Shown here piece after piece: positions 1-13,400 of a stretch of 36,711 nucleotides of DNA. The notes under the pieces were generated by a model that did not search any database, was not told the origin of the DNA, and worked only from the letters and a program-made list of their open reading frames with translations. Numbering within the stretch: position 1 is the first letter of the stretch; every line of letters begins with the position of its first letter. A program made the position numbers and the translations under genes. The stretch is taken from assembly GCA_028826165.1 (NCBI GenBank), contig JAPDFW010000020.1:1-36711 (forward strand), given 5' to 3'. The stretch is from Anaeramoeba ignava BMAN (lineage: Eukaryota > Protista > Anaeramoebae).

Positions 1-516
1 TAAACCAGCATCTCTAATATCATCAAGTTGTTTTGAATTAATTTCTTTGCAGAATGTGATGAAAAAGTGCAAAATTTTGTGTTTTAATTGGTTTAAGAAA
101 CTTTGTTGTAAGCATAATTGATAAAATGAAAAATGAAAAATGAAAAATGAAAAATGATTTTTTTTTGCTTTTATTTTTGCTTTTTCTTATTTTTAATTTC
201 TTCTTTTTTTGTAAATTTCTTAAAAATTTCAAAAATTCTTTTCTTTTTCATTTTTGTAAATTTTTTCTTTTTCTTTTTCAATTTCTTTATCTATTTTTTT
301 TAAAGTGGAATTATTTTGTTTTATAAGATTTAGATATTTTTGTTTTGAATCTTCATATTTTTTATATAAAATTTCAGAAGATTTTAAAGAATTTTCAATT
401 GAATTTTTTAAAGAATTTTTTAAATTAATTGAATTTATTGGGATCAATAAATCTTTTAATAAAATTGTTTCAATTTTTATTTCAAATTTTGGATTTGAAT
501 TTGGATTTTTGTTCAT
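1..516 (-). CDS. Hypothetical coiled-coil-like protein, 5' part; frame broken and probably continuing beyond the left edge
   Basis: AAAATG at 516 opens MNKNPNSNPKFEIKIETILLKDLL...EKEKNF, ending at a TGA at 229. A different frame reads protein-like YQLCLQQSFLNQLKHKILHFFITFCKEINSKQLDDIRDAGL up to base 1. The frame changes lie near A-runs. No family recognised. Confidence 0.35.
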
Positions 517-559
517 TTTGTTTTGAAAAATTGAAAAATGAACAACAAAAAAATTAAGA

Positions 560-1450
560 TTTTGATTTATCTTAAAATTGGCTTTGATTTTGATTTTAAA
601 ATTGATTTTGATTTTGATTTTGATTTTGAATTTGATTTTGATTTTGAATTTAATTTTAATTTTGATTTTCATTTTGAATTTGAATTTGAATTTGATTTTG
701 ATTTTGATTTTGATTTTGATTTTGAATTTGATTTTGATTTTGATTTTGATTTTTCTTTTTCTTTTTCTTTTTCTTTTTCTTTTTCTTTTTCTTTTTCTTT
801 TTGATTGTGATTTTAAAATTGGCTTTGATTTTGAATTTGATTTTGATTTTGATTTTAATTTTGATTTTGATTTTGATTTTGAATTTGATTTTGATTTTGA
901 ATTTGATTTTGATTTTGATTCTGAATTTGGTTTTGAATTTGATTTTAATTTTAATTTTAATTTTGATTTTGATTTTAAAATTGATTTTGAATTTGAATTT
1001 GAATTTGAATTTGATTTTGAATTTGATTTTGAATTTGGTTTTGAATTTGATTTTAATTTTAATTTTAATTTTGATTTTGATTTTAAAATTGATTTTGAAT
1101 TTGAATTTGATTTTGATTTTGATTTTCATTTTGAATTTCATTTTGATTTTGATTTTGATTTTGAATTTGAATTTGATTTTGATTTTGAATTTGATTTTGA
1201 ATTTGATTTTGATTTTGAATTTGATTTTGAATTTGAATTTGAATTTGATTTTGATTTTGGTTTTGGTTTTGGTTTTGATTTGTATTATATTTAAAATTTG
1301 AAAATATTCATTGAATTTGAATTTGATTTTGATTTTAATTTGATTTTGATTTTGATTTTGAATTTGATTTTGAAATTGATTTTGATTTTTCTTTTTCTTT
1401 TTCTTTTTCTTTTTCTTTTTGATTTTGATTTTGATTTTGATTTTGGTTTT
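560..1450. repeat. Compound hexanucleotide microsatellite (GATTTT/GAATTT/CTTTTT)n overlapping the BEACH gene 3' end and its flank
   Basis: Directly visible; it produces the spurious poly-IL/DF/IK ORFs in the track. Confidence 0.95.
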
Positions 1451-4400
1451 GTGTTGTATTTGAAAAATATCCTATTTTTATAAATCCATTTTTTAATCCA
1501 ATAATAATTAAAAATCCTCTTTTAATAATTGAAATTGAATAAATTGTTTCATTTAAATCAAAACTTTGAATTGGTTTTAAATTAAATATTTTTCGAATTT
1601 CAAAAATTCCTTTTTCTCCTCCTGTAAATATAAAATTAGAATCTTCTGAAATTGAAATTGAATAAATATTTTCTGAACATTGAAATCTTCTTATTAAATA
1701 TCCATTAATTGTAAATAATCTTAATATATTGGAATTTTCTGAAAATGTAATAATATCTCCTTTTTTTGTTATTTTGATATTTGTTATTGGTTCTTTTTCT
1801 TCTGTTATTATTGTTTGAATATGTTTTCCTTTCTTTAATGAATGAATATTTAATTTCCCTTTAATACTTCCACTTAATACAATATCATATTCAACTGATA
1901 TTGATACACTTCTTACTTCTTCTTCATGTTCTGAAAATATATGTTTGGGTTTTTCTTTAACTTTGATTTTCCCTTTTTTTTCTTTTGATTCAATTTCCCA
2001 AATAATTACTGTTGTATCTTTTGATCCTGTAACAATATATTTCAAATCAATATCTAAACAACTTATAATATCATTATGTTTATAAATACTTTGTATTATT
2101 TCATATTTATCAATATCAATTATTTTGAAACTATTATCTTCAAATCCACAAAAAATTAAATATTTTGAATTTTCATAATTTTTAAAACATTCTTCAAAAT
2201 TATTTAAATCTTTTGAGAATGGAATTTCTCTTATTTTTTCTTTTTGATTTTGTTTATATTTTTCATCATCGATATTTAAATTAATTTTGGGTTTTTTGTT
2301 TTTAGATTCAATTAAATAGAATTTATGTTTTCCAATAATTCTTTCTTTATTAATTGTAATAATTTGATCAGGTTCATGATTCATAAGTGATTCTTCTTCA
2401 GGTATTTCTCGAAATTTTGTAAATATTATTGGATTTGAACTTATCTTATGCTTAGAATTTGTAAAATCAAATGATTCATTTTTTGATAAATTGTTTTTCC
2501 ATTCAAAAAATGTTAATTTGAATGGTATTTTTGAATTATTTGTTTTTCTTTGTTTTTTTTCGATTTTCTTCTTTTGATTTTGATTTTGAATTTGATTTTT
2601 ATCATCTTTATCTTTATCTTTATCATTACCATTTATATTTTCTTTTTCCTTCTTAGTTTTATTTTGATTTTGATTTTGATTTTGATTTTTATCTTTATCT
2701 TTATCTTTATCTTTATCATTTATATTTTCATTATCATTTTGAATTTGATTTTGAATTTGATTCTGATTTTGATTTTGAATTTGATTTTGAATTTGATTTT
2801 GAATTTGAATTTTATTTTTATTTTTATTTTTATTTTTATTTTGATTTTGATTTTGATTTTTATCTTTATCTTTATCATTATCATTTATATTTTCTTTTTC
2901 CTTCTTAGTTTTATTTTGAATTTGAATTTGATTTTGATTTTTATTTTTATTTTTATTTTGATTTTGATTTTGATTTTGATTTTGATTTTGATTTTGATTT
3001 TGTTTTTTGTTAATTTCTGTTTTGGTAAATCTTTTTGGATGTTTTTTTGTAAATAATTGAATTGGAATTTCTCCATTTTTTTGAATATTTTCTTTTTGAT
3101 TTTGATTTTGATTTTGATTTTGATTTTGATTTTGTTGTTTATATCCAAATATTAAATCAATCCATTCATTAAGATGTTCTGAAACATATTCTGATTCAAG
3201 TGCTTCTTCTTGTATTTGAATAAATTTTTCTGCTGTTTTAGCCCAATTTGGAAGTTTAACATTTTCGATTTCTTTTAAAATTTCTTTTGATTTTGAATTG
3301 TAATCATCTTTAAATATATTAGGATTTCTTAAAAAATCTGGTAAATGGAAGAATTCTGGAATAAGTTCTCCAATAAATTTATTATTTTTATTATTTTTAT
3401 CATTTTTGATTTCATTGATTATTTTCCATTGTTTTGGAATTGATTTAAATATTGGATATTTTTCTTTTAAACAAATTGTTGTAAATGGTTCTAATCGAAT
3501 TAAATAAGATGAAACAATTTCTGAATTTAAATAATATTTCTTGGTTTGATTTTCATTTTGATTTTGATTTAAATTTGTAATAGGTTTTGATAAATCTCGA
3601 AATATTTTTGGATCATTAATATCTATTAAATATGATTCATAATCTGAAATAATCCATGGGAAAATTGGATATTGTGAAAGATCTTGATATGTTCTTCCTG
3701 ATATTGTGTTTAAATACATAAGATATTCAAAATTACTAATTTTTCTTTCTTGCCATTCTTTTGTTATTGGTGTTTTTTCATTCCATTTTTTTGTTTGATT
3801 TATTGAATAATTGTATTTTGTTTGATTTATTGATTCAATTTGAATTGATTTATGTTTTTGAATTTTTTCATAAATTTCATCTCTTTCTTTTGTTGTTGAA
3901 AAATTGAAAAAAATATATTTTCGATCATTTTCAAAAAATATTTCTATTGCTGTTTGTTTTGAAATATATTTTCTTTTATGAATTATTTTAATCATTTCAA
4001 TTTTCCATGAATAATCTTTTTCATTTTGATTTTCATTTTGAATTTCATTTTGATTTTGATTTTCATTTTGAATTTCATTTTGATTTTCATTTTGATTTCG
4101 ATTTTGATTTTGATTTTGATTTTGATTTGAATAAACAGATTCTGCAAAAAAATTAATTGAATTTGTTGTAATTTCAAATATTCCTTTGATTATTTTGATT
4201 TTAGAAATTATTTCACATTTGGTTGTAAATATTATTTTATTCAAATATTTTTGTTGTTTTTGTTTTTGATTTTCATTTTTTTCGTTTTCATTTTGTTTTT
4301 TATTTTTATTTTTATTTTTATTTTGATTTTTATTATTTTTATTTTTATTTTTATTTTGTTGATAATTTTTTTCATATTGTTTTGATAATTTATTTGTTAT

Positions 4401-7400
4401 TTTGATTATTTCATTTTTTAAATTTTCTTTTAATTTTTTTAATTTTTTTCTTTCTGAATTTTGATTTTGATTTTGATTTTGATTTTGATTTTGATTTGTT
4501 GAATAAAATTTTAATTTTTTTTGTCTTCTCATTTCATCTTCTTTTTCTGAAAGTTTAATATAAAATTCCATTTTTTCAAATTTATAATCTATTACACTTA
4601 TTAAACTTGAATTCCATGGATATTTTCCAATTAAAGAATTTGTAATCATTTTTCAATTTTTGTAAATGAATTCTTATTTCTTGTTTTTGTTTTTGTTTTT
4701 GAAATCTTTTTCTTTCTTTTTCTTGTTTTCTAATATTTTCAATTTCTTTTTCAATTTTTTGTGAATTTATTTCATTTTGTTTTTGTTTTTCATTAATTTG
4801 ATTTTGAAAATTATTTAATTTGTTTTTTTCATTTTCAATAAATTCTTTTTTGTTTTCTTCAATTTCTTTTTTAATTTTTTTGATTATTGGGAAGAAAAAT
4901 TGATTTGTGATTTGTTTCCATTCTTTTTTCATTATTTCTTCTTCAAATTTTTGAATATCTGTTTTGAAAATAAATGATTCTTTTGGATTAATTTGAAGTA
5001 ATTGTTTTTGATTTTGATTTTGTTTTGAAATTATTTCATATAAAAATCTATAATTATCTTGAATTATTGTTTGTAAATAGATAATTAAAAAATCTTCTTT
5101 TTGCTTTGTTTTCTTTTTCTTTTTGATTTTGAGATTCAATTTGTGATTGATTTTGGAATTGAAAATAATTATAATTGTGATTGTGAATATAATGGAATAA
5201 AAATGAAAAACAAATTTTAAGAAATTCATTTGAATCTTGTTTTGAAAAATTATTTTGGTTAAATGTTTCTTTCATAATTTCTTTTAATTTTAAAAGAATA
5301 AATTCTGTTGTTTGATAATTTGATTTTGGAATTGAGAAAAGAAGTATCAAAATAATATTTTTATAAATTCTTATTTTTTCTTTTTTTGTTGAAAATTGTA
5401 TTTGAATTTTTCCAAAAAATCCAAATTTTTCAATTAATTTAATAAAATTTTCAATAAATTCATTTTCAAATAATATTTTGATTTTAAATTCTTTTTTATT
5501 TTCTTTTTCTTTTTCAATTTCTTGATTTTTTTGATTATTTGATTTTTCTTTACTTGAATTAAATAATATTTCATTTAATAAATAAATTAAATAAAATAAA
5601 TTCTTGTAAAACTTATTTATTTGATATGTAGTTTTGTATAAATCTGTCATGGAGAATTGGCTAATTTCTTCTTGAAAATCATATTTTTTCTTTTCTGTAT
5701 TTTGAATAATTTCAATAATTAAATTATTTATTATTTTTAAAATTATTTTGGTTATTGTTTCTTTTCTTTCATCTTTAATAATTTTGATTGTTGAAATAAA
5801 TTCTTCAATTATTTTTGGAAAATCATATTTTGGATTTTGAAAACAATATTCAAATAATATATTCAAAATTTTGAATACAATTTCATTTTGAATTTGATTT
5901 TGATTTTGATTTTGATTTTGATTTTGATTTTGATTTTGATTTTGATTTTGATTTTGATTTTGATTTTGATTTTGATTTTGATTTTGATTTTGATTTTGAT
6001 TTTGATTTTGATTTTCAATTTGATTTTGATTTTGATTTTGATTTTGATTTTGATTTTGATTTTGATTTTGATTTTGATTTTGATTTTGATTTTGATTTTG
6101 ATTTTGATTTTGATTTTGATTTTGATTTTGATTTTGATTATTTGAATGAAAATTGAAATAATTGAAATTAATTAATGAAATTATCCATTTTTGCCATCCA
6201 ATTTCTGAAATAATTTTTTCTTTATTTAAATTATTTTCTAAAATAATTTTAAATAATTGATTTAATTCTTTAATATTAATTAATTTGGATTTTTGTTTAA
6301 ATATTTCACAAATTGTTTCTAAAATAAATCCATTTTCAATTAATCTTATTGTTTTTGTTTTTTTTGAATAATCATAAATCATCATTTTGAAAAGAATATT
6401 AATTATTTTTTTGGAAATATTATTGATATTTTCAATTATTATTTGATTAATTAAATAATAAATATCTTTTAATTTATCAATTTGTTTTTGATTTTTTTTG
6501 AATTTTTGGAATATTTTCTTTTCTTTTTCTTTTTCATTTTCTTTTTCATTTCTATGAATAGAAAGATCAATAAAATAAATAATTTCTAAACTTATTTCAA
6601 TTATTTTTATATTTCCTTTGTTTTCTTTCATTAATTGAATAAATGGATAAAATAAATGATTTGAAAATAATTGTTTCCAAGTTATTTCTAAATTATTTAA
6701 AATATAATTATGAATTAATTCAAGTGTTTTTTCAATAAAATATTTTGTTTTGAAAATAAAACATCTTTTGATTAAATAATGAATAAATATTTTTTGTGTT
6801 TTGGATTCAATATTATTTAACATAAATTTAATAATTGAAAATATTTTTTCAATTATTTTAATTATTTCTTCTCTTTTTAATTCATTTTCATTTTCATTTT
6901 CATTTTCATTTTCATTTTCATTTTCATTTTCATTTTCATTTTGATTTTCATTTTGATTTTCATTTTCATTTTCATTTTCATTTTCATTTTCATTTTCATT
7001 TTCATTTTTATTTTCATTTTCATTTTCATTTTGATTTTCATTTTCATTTTTATTTTCATTTTCATTTTGATTTTGATTTTGAATTTTATATAAAGATTTA
7101 TCATAAAAATAAATTAATTTGAATAAATCAATAATTGTAATATTTGAAGGATTTGATTTTTCTTTTTCTTTTTCTTTTTCTTTTTCATTTTCATTTTGAT
7201 TTTGATTTTGATTTTGATTTTGATTTTGATTTTGATTTTGATTTTGATTTTCATTTTGATTTTGATTTTGATTTTGATTTTCATTTTGATTTTGATTTTG
7301 ATTTTCATTTTCATTTTCATTTTCATTTTGATTTTGATTTTGATTTTGAATTTGATTTTCATTTTGATTTTGATTTTGATTTTGATTTTCATTTTCATTT

Positions 7401-10400
7401 TCATTTTCATTTTCATTTTGATTTTCATTTTGATTTTGATTTTGATTTTCATTTTCATTTTCATTTTCAATTTGAATTTGATTTTGATTTTCATTTTCAT
7501 TTTGATTTTGATTTTGATTTTGATTTTGATTTTCATTTTGATTTTGATTTTGATTTTGATTTTGATTTTGATTTTCATTTTTATTTTGATTTTCATTTTG
7601 ATTTTGAATTTGAATTTGAATTTGATTTTGATTTTGATTTTCTTTTTCTTTTTGAATTTGAATTTGATTTTTGATAATTTGATTTTGAATACAAATTTGA
7701 ATAGTTTCAATTAATTTATTTTGAATTTTAAAATTATAATTTTTCCATATTTTATAATCAAAAATTAAATATTTTTTAAGTTGTTTTTGAAATTGTTCAT
7801 TTTCAATATTTTCTTTAAATGTTCTTATAATATAATAAATTTGTGTTGAAAAATATTTTGGATGTATTTTTTTAAGTAAAATATTGATTATTTGAAATCC
7901 TTGTTTTTCAATCATTTCTTTTTGTGTTTCAATATCGTTTAATAAATAATCATTAATTATTCTTAAAATTTCTTCAAAAATTAATTTTGTTGAATTTGAA
8001 TTTGAATTTGATTTTGAATTTGAATTTGAATTTGAATTTGAATTTGAATTTGAATTTGAATTTGAATTTGATTTTGAATTTAATTTTTTTATTTTAATTT
8101 TTTGAATTTTAATTTGAATTAATTTTTCTTTTTCTTTTTGTTGTTTAAATAATTCATCAATTTCAAAAATTAAATAAAAAAATGTTTCAATTCCTCCTAA
8201 AAATTTAATAATTTCATTAATATTTGTTGATTTAAATGTTTTGATTGTTTTTATTTTGTTTGTTTTTTCTTTGATAATATTTTTTGAAATTTCTTCTTCT
8301 TGTTGTTGTTGTTGTTTTTTATTCATTTTTCTTAATTCATTCATCATTATTATTGATGGAAATTCTTGATTTTGATTTAATTGATTTTTGATTTTTTGAT
8401 TTAATTGATTTTTCATTATTGTAAAATATTGTTTCATTTCAGAAACAGTAATTTTAAAATTTGCAAATTTTCCAATAATTTCAATAATTTTTTTAAATAT
8501 TTTGATATTTTGAATTTTGGGAATTAATTTAAGTAAAAATGAAATAATTCCTTTTTCACAAATATAATTAATATTTTCTTTTGATTTTTCACTTATTTCT
8601 TCAAATATTTTCAAAACTTCAAAAAAAGAAATTTCTTTTTCAATTTCATTTTCATTTTCATTTTCATTTTCAATTTCATTTTGATTTTGATTTTCATTTT
8701 GATTTTGATTTTGATTTTGAATTTCATTTTCATTTTCATTTTCAATTTCATTTTCATTTTCAATTTCAATTTGAATTTCAATTTGAATTTGATTTTCATT
8801 TTGATTTTCAATTTCATTTTCAATTTGATTTTCTAATTCTTTTTTGAAATTTTGTGAATAAAGTTCTAAAATAATATTAATCATATTTGTATTTTTGATA
8901 ATAAAATTATTTTTAATTGAAAATTTTCCATTATTAATCATTAAATCTAAAAGAATTTCAAATATTTCTTTTTTTGGTTTTCTTTTTTCATATTCATAAA
9001 TTATTTTTACAAATTTTGTTATTGGAATTAATTCTTGAAATTGTTTCATTAATATTTCATTGTTTTGAATAATTTCTTTAATCATTTTTAATGAAAAATA
9101 TGTATTATTATTATTGTTATTTTGATCTTCAAAAAATGTTGTTATAATTTGTAATAAATTTGTTTTTAAAAATATTTTTTGAATATTATTTCGATTTTTA
9201 GAAATTGATTTTAAACATTCTTCAAAAAGTTTATTCATAAATTTTTCATTTTCATTTTCATTTTCATTTTCATTTTGATTTTTGGAAAATATTTTTTGGA
9301 TTAAATAAATAATAAATTGTTGTTCATTTTCTTCTTCATTATTTTTTACTTTTTCAAAAAATTTTGGAATATTATTTAATGAAAGTTTTTGAAGAAATTG
9401 ATAATTAATTGATTCAATCAAAAAGTTGATAATATTTGAATTATCAAAAATAACTTTAATAGATCCATTTTGAAATATTAAATTTAAAATTTCAAAATAT
9501 AATTCTTTTGTTTTTTCATTTTCATTTTCATTTTCATTTTGATTTTGATTTTGATTTTGATTTTGATTTTGATTTTGATTTTGATTTTGATTTTGATTTT
9601 GATTTTGAATTTGAATTTGATTTTGATTTTGATTTTGATTTTCTTTAATTAATTTTAATAAATTTTGTTTAATTATTTGAAATCCATTATTTTCAAAAAT
9701 TTTGTTTGATGAAATTTTTGGATTATTTTGAATAATTTCAATTATCATTTCTAAAAATTGATTTAATAAAAATGAATTTGAAATTATTTTTGAATTTTTT
9801 GAAATTTGATTAAATAAAATTTGATATTCAAAATTATTTTGATATTTTATGATAATATTTTTAAGAAAATCAATTAATAATATTTGTAAATTTAAATTCA
9901 TTTCTTCTAATTCAATCTTTTCTTTTTCTTCAATCTAATTAAAATTAAAATTAAATTAAAAATTAAAATTAAAATTAAATTAAAATTAAATTTAAATTTA
10001 AATTATTTACATTAAAATTATTGATATTTGTTCTGATAAAATAATCTGAAAAACAAATTTTCCATCCTTCATTTTCTTCAAAAAATTTAATAATTTCTTT
10101 ATCATCATTGTTATTTTCTTTAATTATCATTTTTTTAAATTCAAATAAAATATACATTTGAAGTTCTGGATAAATATCTTTGTTATATTATCTTTTGAAT
10201 TATTTTCTTAATTTTTCTTCTTTTTAAATAATTATGATTTTTATATTTATTTTGATTATTTGAATTTAATTCTTCTTCACTTTTAAATAAATCAAGATAA
10301 ATTAAAATTAATCTTTCTTTAAAATTATTCACTTTTAATTTAATTTCATTTGTATATTTTTCAATTCCTTTTCTTATATTTTCTTTTGATAAATTTATAT

Positions 10401-13400
10401 TATTTGATTTTTGAATTTTTTGAAAAGATCTTAAATGACTAAAAAGTGAATCAAAATAAGGATGATATAATTTGATTTCTGAAATTTTTCTTTTTGAATT
10501 TGATTTTGAATTTGATTTTGATTTTTGATTTTGAATTTGATTTTGATTTTGATTTTGATTTTGATTTTGATTTTGATTTTGATTTTGATTTTGATTTTGA
10601 TTTTGATTTTGATTTTGATTTTGATTTTGAATTTGAATTTGATTTTGATTTTGATTTTGATTTTGATTTTGATTTTGAATTTGATTTTGATTTTGATTTT
10701 GATTTTGATTTTGATTTTGATTTTGAATTTGATTTTGATTTTGATTTTGATTTTGATTTTGATTTTGATTTTGATTTTGTTTCTGATTTTGATTTTGTTT
10801 CTGATTTTGGATGATGTTTTGAATGATGTTTTGAATGATGTTTTAATTTAGTTTGAATGATGTTTTGAATGATGTTTGAATGATGTTTGATTTTGAATTT
10901 GAATTTGAATTTGTTTCTAATTTTGAATTTGATTTGATTTGATTTTGATTTTTTGATTTGAATTTGAATGATTTTTTTTTATTTGATTTTGAATTAATTT
11001 GTATTTTTTTCTAATTTTGAATGAATTTTTTTGATTTTGATTTTGAATTTTTTTGATTTTGATTTTGATTTTTGATTTTGATTTTAATTTTAATTTTGAT
11101 TTTGAATGATGTTTGAATGATGTTTTTGAATGATGTTTTGTATTTGTTTCTAGTTTTGAATGATGTTTTGAATGATGTTTGATTTTGTTTCTAATTTTGA
11201 TTTGATTTTGATTTTGATTTTGATTTTGAATGATGTTTTGAATGATGTTTTGAATGATGTTTTAAATTTGAATTTGATTTTGAATTTGAATTTGAATGGA
11301 TTAATTTTGTTAATTTATTTGATAATTTTGTTTTAAAAGAATAAGAAATCCAAAGAATAAAATCTTTAAGATTTAAAATATTATTGTTATTAATAAATTC
11401 TTCAATAATATTTTCTTCTTCAACAATAAAATTAAGAAAATCAAAAATATTTAATCGAAAATCAACTTCTAAATGAATTGAATCTTCTTTTTTGATTTTT
11501 AAATTTTCTAAAATATTTGGATTTTCTTCTTCTTTGATTTCTGATTTGAATGTAAAAAAATTTGTTTCAAAAATATCTTCAAGTTTTTCAATTTCTATTT
11601 TTTTAATTTTTTGATTTTCATTTTGATTTTCAATTTTGATTTGATTTTTGTTAATAATATTAATTCCAATATTTGGAATATTTGATAATTTTGGAACTTG
11701 AAAAAAAGTTAAAAAAGTTAAAATTAAATCAATTTTTTCTGTTTCTGTTAATAATCCATATTCATAACAACTTTCAATAATTTCAAAAATTGATAATTGA
11801 ATAGAATATTGTTTTTTTGTAAAAAGAAATTCTTTTTTGAATTCTAAATTAAATGAAAACCAATCTATTTTTGTTATTTTTGTTATTTTTGTTATTTTTG
11901 TTATTTTAAGATTAAAAGAATAATTAATTATAAATTTATTTTATATTTTTTTTTTGGGAAATATTTTTACATATTAATAAAGAGATTATTTTTGATTCTT
12001 TAATTGATTTTAAAATTTCTTTATTTGGATAAAAATCTTTTCCTTTTAAAAATTTTTTCATAATTTCCATAATTTCTGAAATAATAAATTGAGTTTCAAT
12101 TAAATAATAAATTGAAAATTTTGGTTTTGTTTCCTTTTTTGGTTTTTTTTTAAAAGAATAAATAAATTTAAAATTTTTTAAAATTTTGGATTGATTGATA
12201 AGTATTAATATAATTATTATTATTTTCTTTTCTTTTTATTTGATTTTAATTTTGATTTACTCTTTTTTTTTCCATTAATCCAAAAATATATTTTGTAGTT
12301 TGTAATAAATCATAAAATATTTTAAAAATTCCATTTTCAAATAAAATTTGTTGATTAACTTTGGATTTTGAAAGAATTGAAATTATAGATAAAGAAATTA
12401 AATTTTTGTGTGGATTAATTTCTTTTTGAATTTGATTTTGAATTTGAATTTGAATTTGATTTTGATTTTGATTTTGATTTTGAATTTGATTTTGATTTTG
12501 ATTTTCATTTTGATTTTGATTTTGATTTTGAATTTGATTTTGATTTTGATTTTGATTTTGATTTTGATTTTGATTTTGATTTTGATTTTGATTTTGATTT
12601 TGATTTTGATTTTGATTTTGATTTTGATTTTGATTTTGATTTTGATTTTGATTTTGATTTTGATTTTGATTTTGATTTTGATTTTGATTTTGATTTTGAT
12701 TTTGATTTTGAATTTGATTTTGATTTTGATTTTGAATTTGATTTTGAATTGTTTCTATTTTGTTTGAATTCAAGTTTTTTGTTTTTAAATATTAAAAATT
12801 TAGTTTATTTTTTTTGGATAATAAAATATATATAAACCTTGAAGAAGAGTATTTGAATAAATTAAATTATTTAATATAAAAGTAATAAATCTTATTGGAT
12901 GAGCTTGTTTTTGTGAAATTGCTTCATAAATTTCTTCTAATTCAAAATATTTTTCAAATTCATTCTTTTTTTGATTTAAATCTTCTTTATTTTGATTTGG
13001 ATTCCAATTTTGAAATAATTTTTCAAATAATAAACAGAATTCAACAAATTCTTCACTTTTTATCTTTTTAAATTTTAAATTTTAAATTTTAAATTTTAAT
13101 TTTGATTTTTAATTTAATTTTAATTTTTAATTTACTTCTAAATTATTTTTTGGTTGTAAATCTTTCCATTTTTGATAAATTTCATTTTCATTTTCTTTTT
13201 CATTTTCATTTTCATTTCCATTTTCATTTCCATTTTCATTTTGATTTTCATTTTCATTTTCAAAACTCAAAAAAAAAACTTTTTCAATTCGATTTTGTTT
13301 TTCAATTTCAATTTCTTTTTGTTTTTCAATTTCTTTTTGTTTTTCAATTTCTTTTTCATTTTCATCTTGTTTTTCAATTTCTTGTAACTCAATTTCGTTA

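Noticed and set aside
538-1483. Long ORFs of poly-IL, poly-DF and poly-IK (also near 2550, 5888, 7114-7714, 10494, 12408, 18245, 28427-28999 and 33752)
   Set aside because: They are stop-free alternative frames or antisense readings of hexamer microsatellites, not genes.
4582-5229. Stop-codon reassignment or Euplotes-type programmed frameshifting
   Set aside because: TAA and TGA terminate intact genes at sensible positions. The breaks are frame changes rather than in-frame stops, and no consistent AAA-TAR motif lies at them.
12076-12260. Additional BEACH intron GTAAAT...TTTCAG
   Set aside because: As assembled the phase does not join the flanking frames and the interior looks like frameshifted coding sequence; left unresolved.
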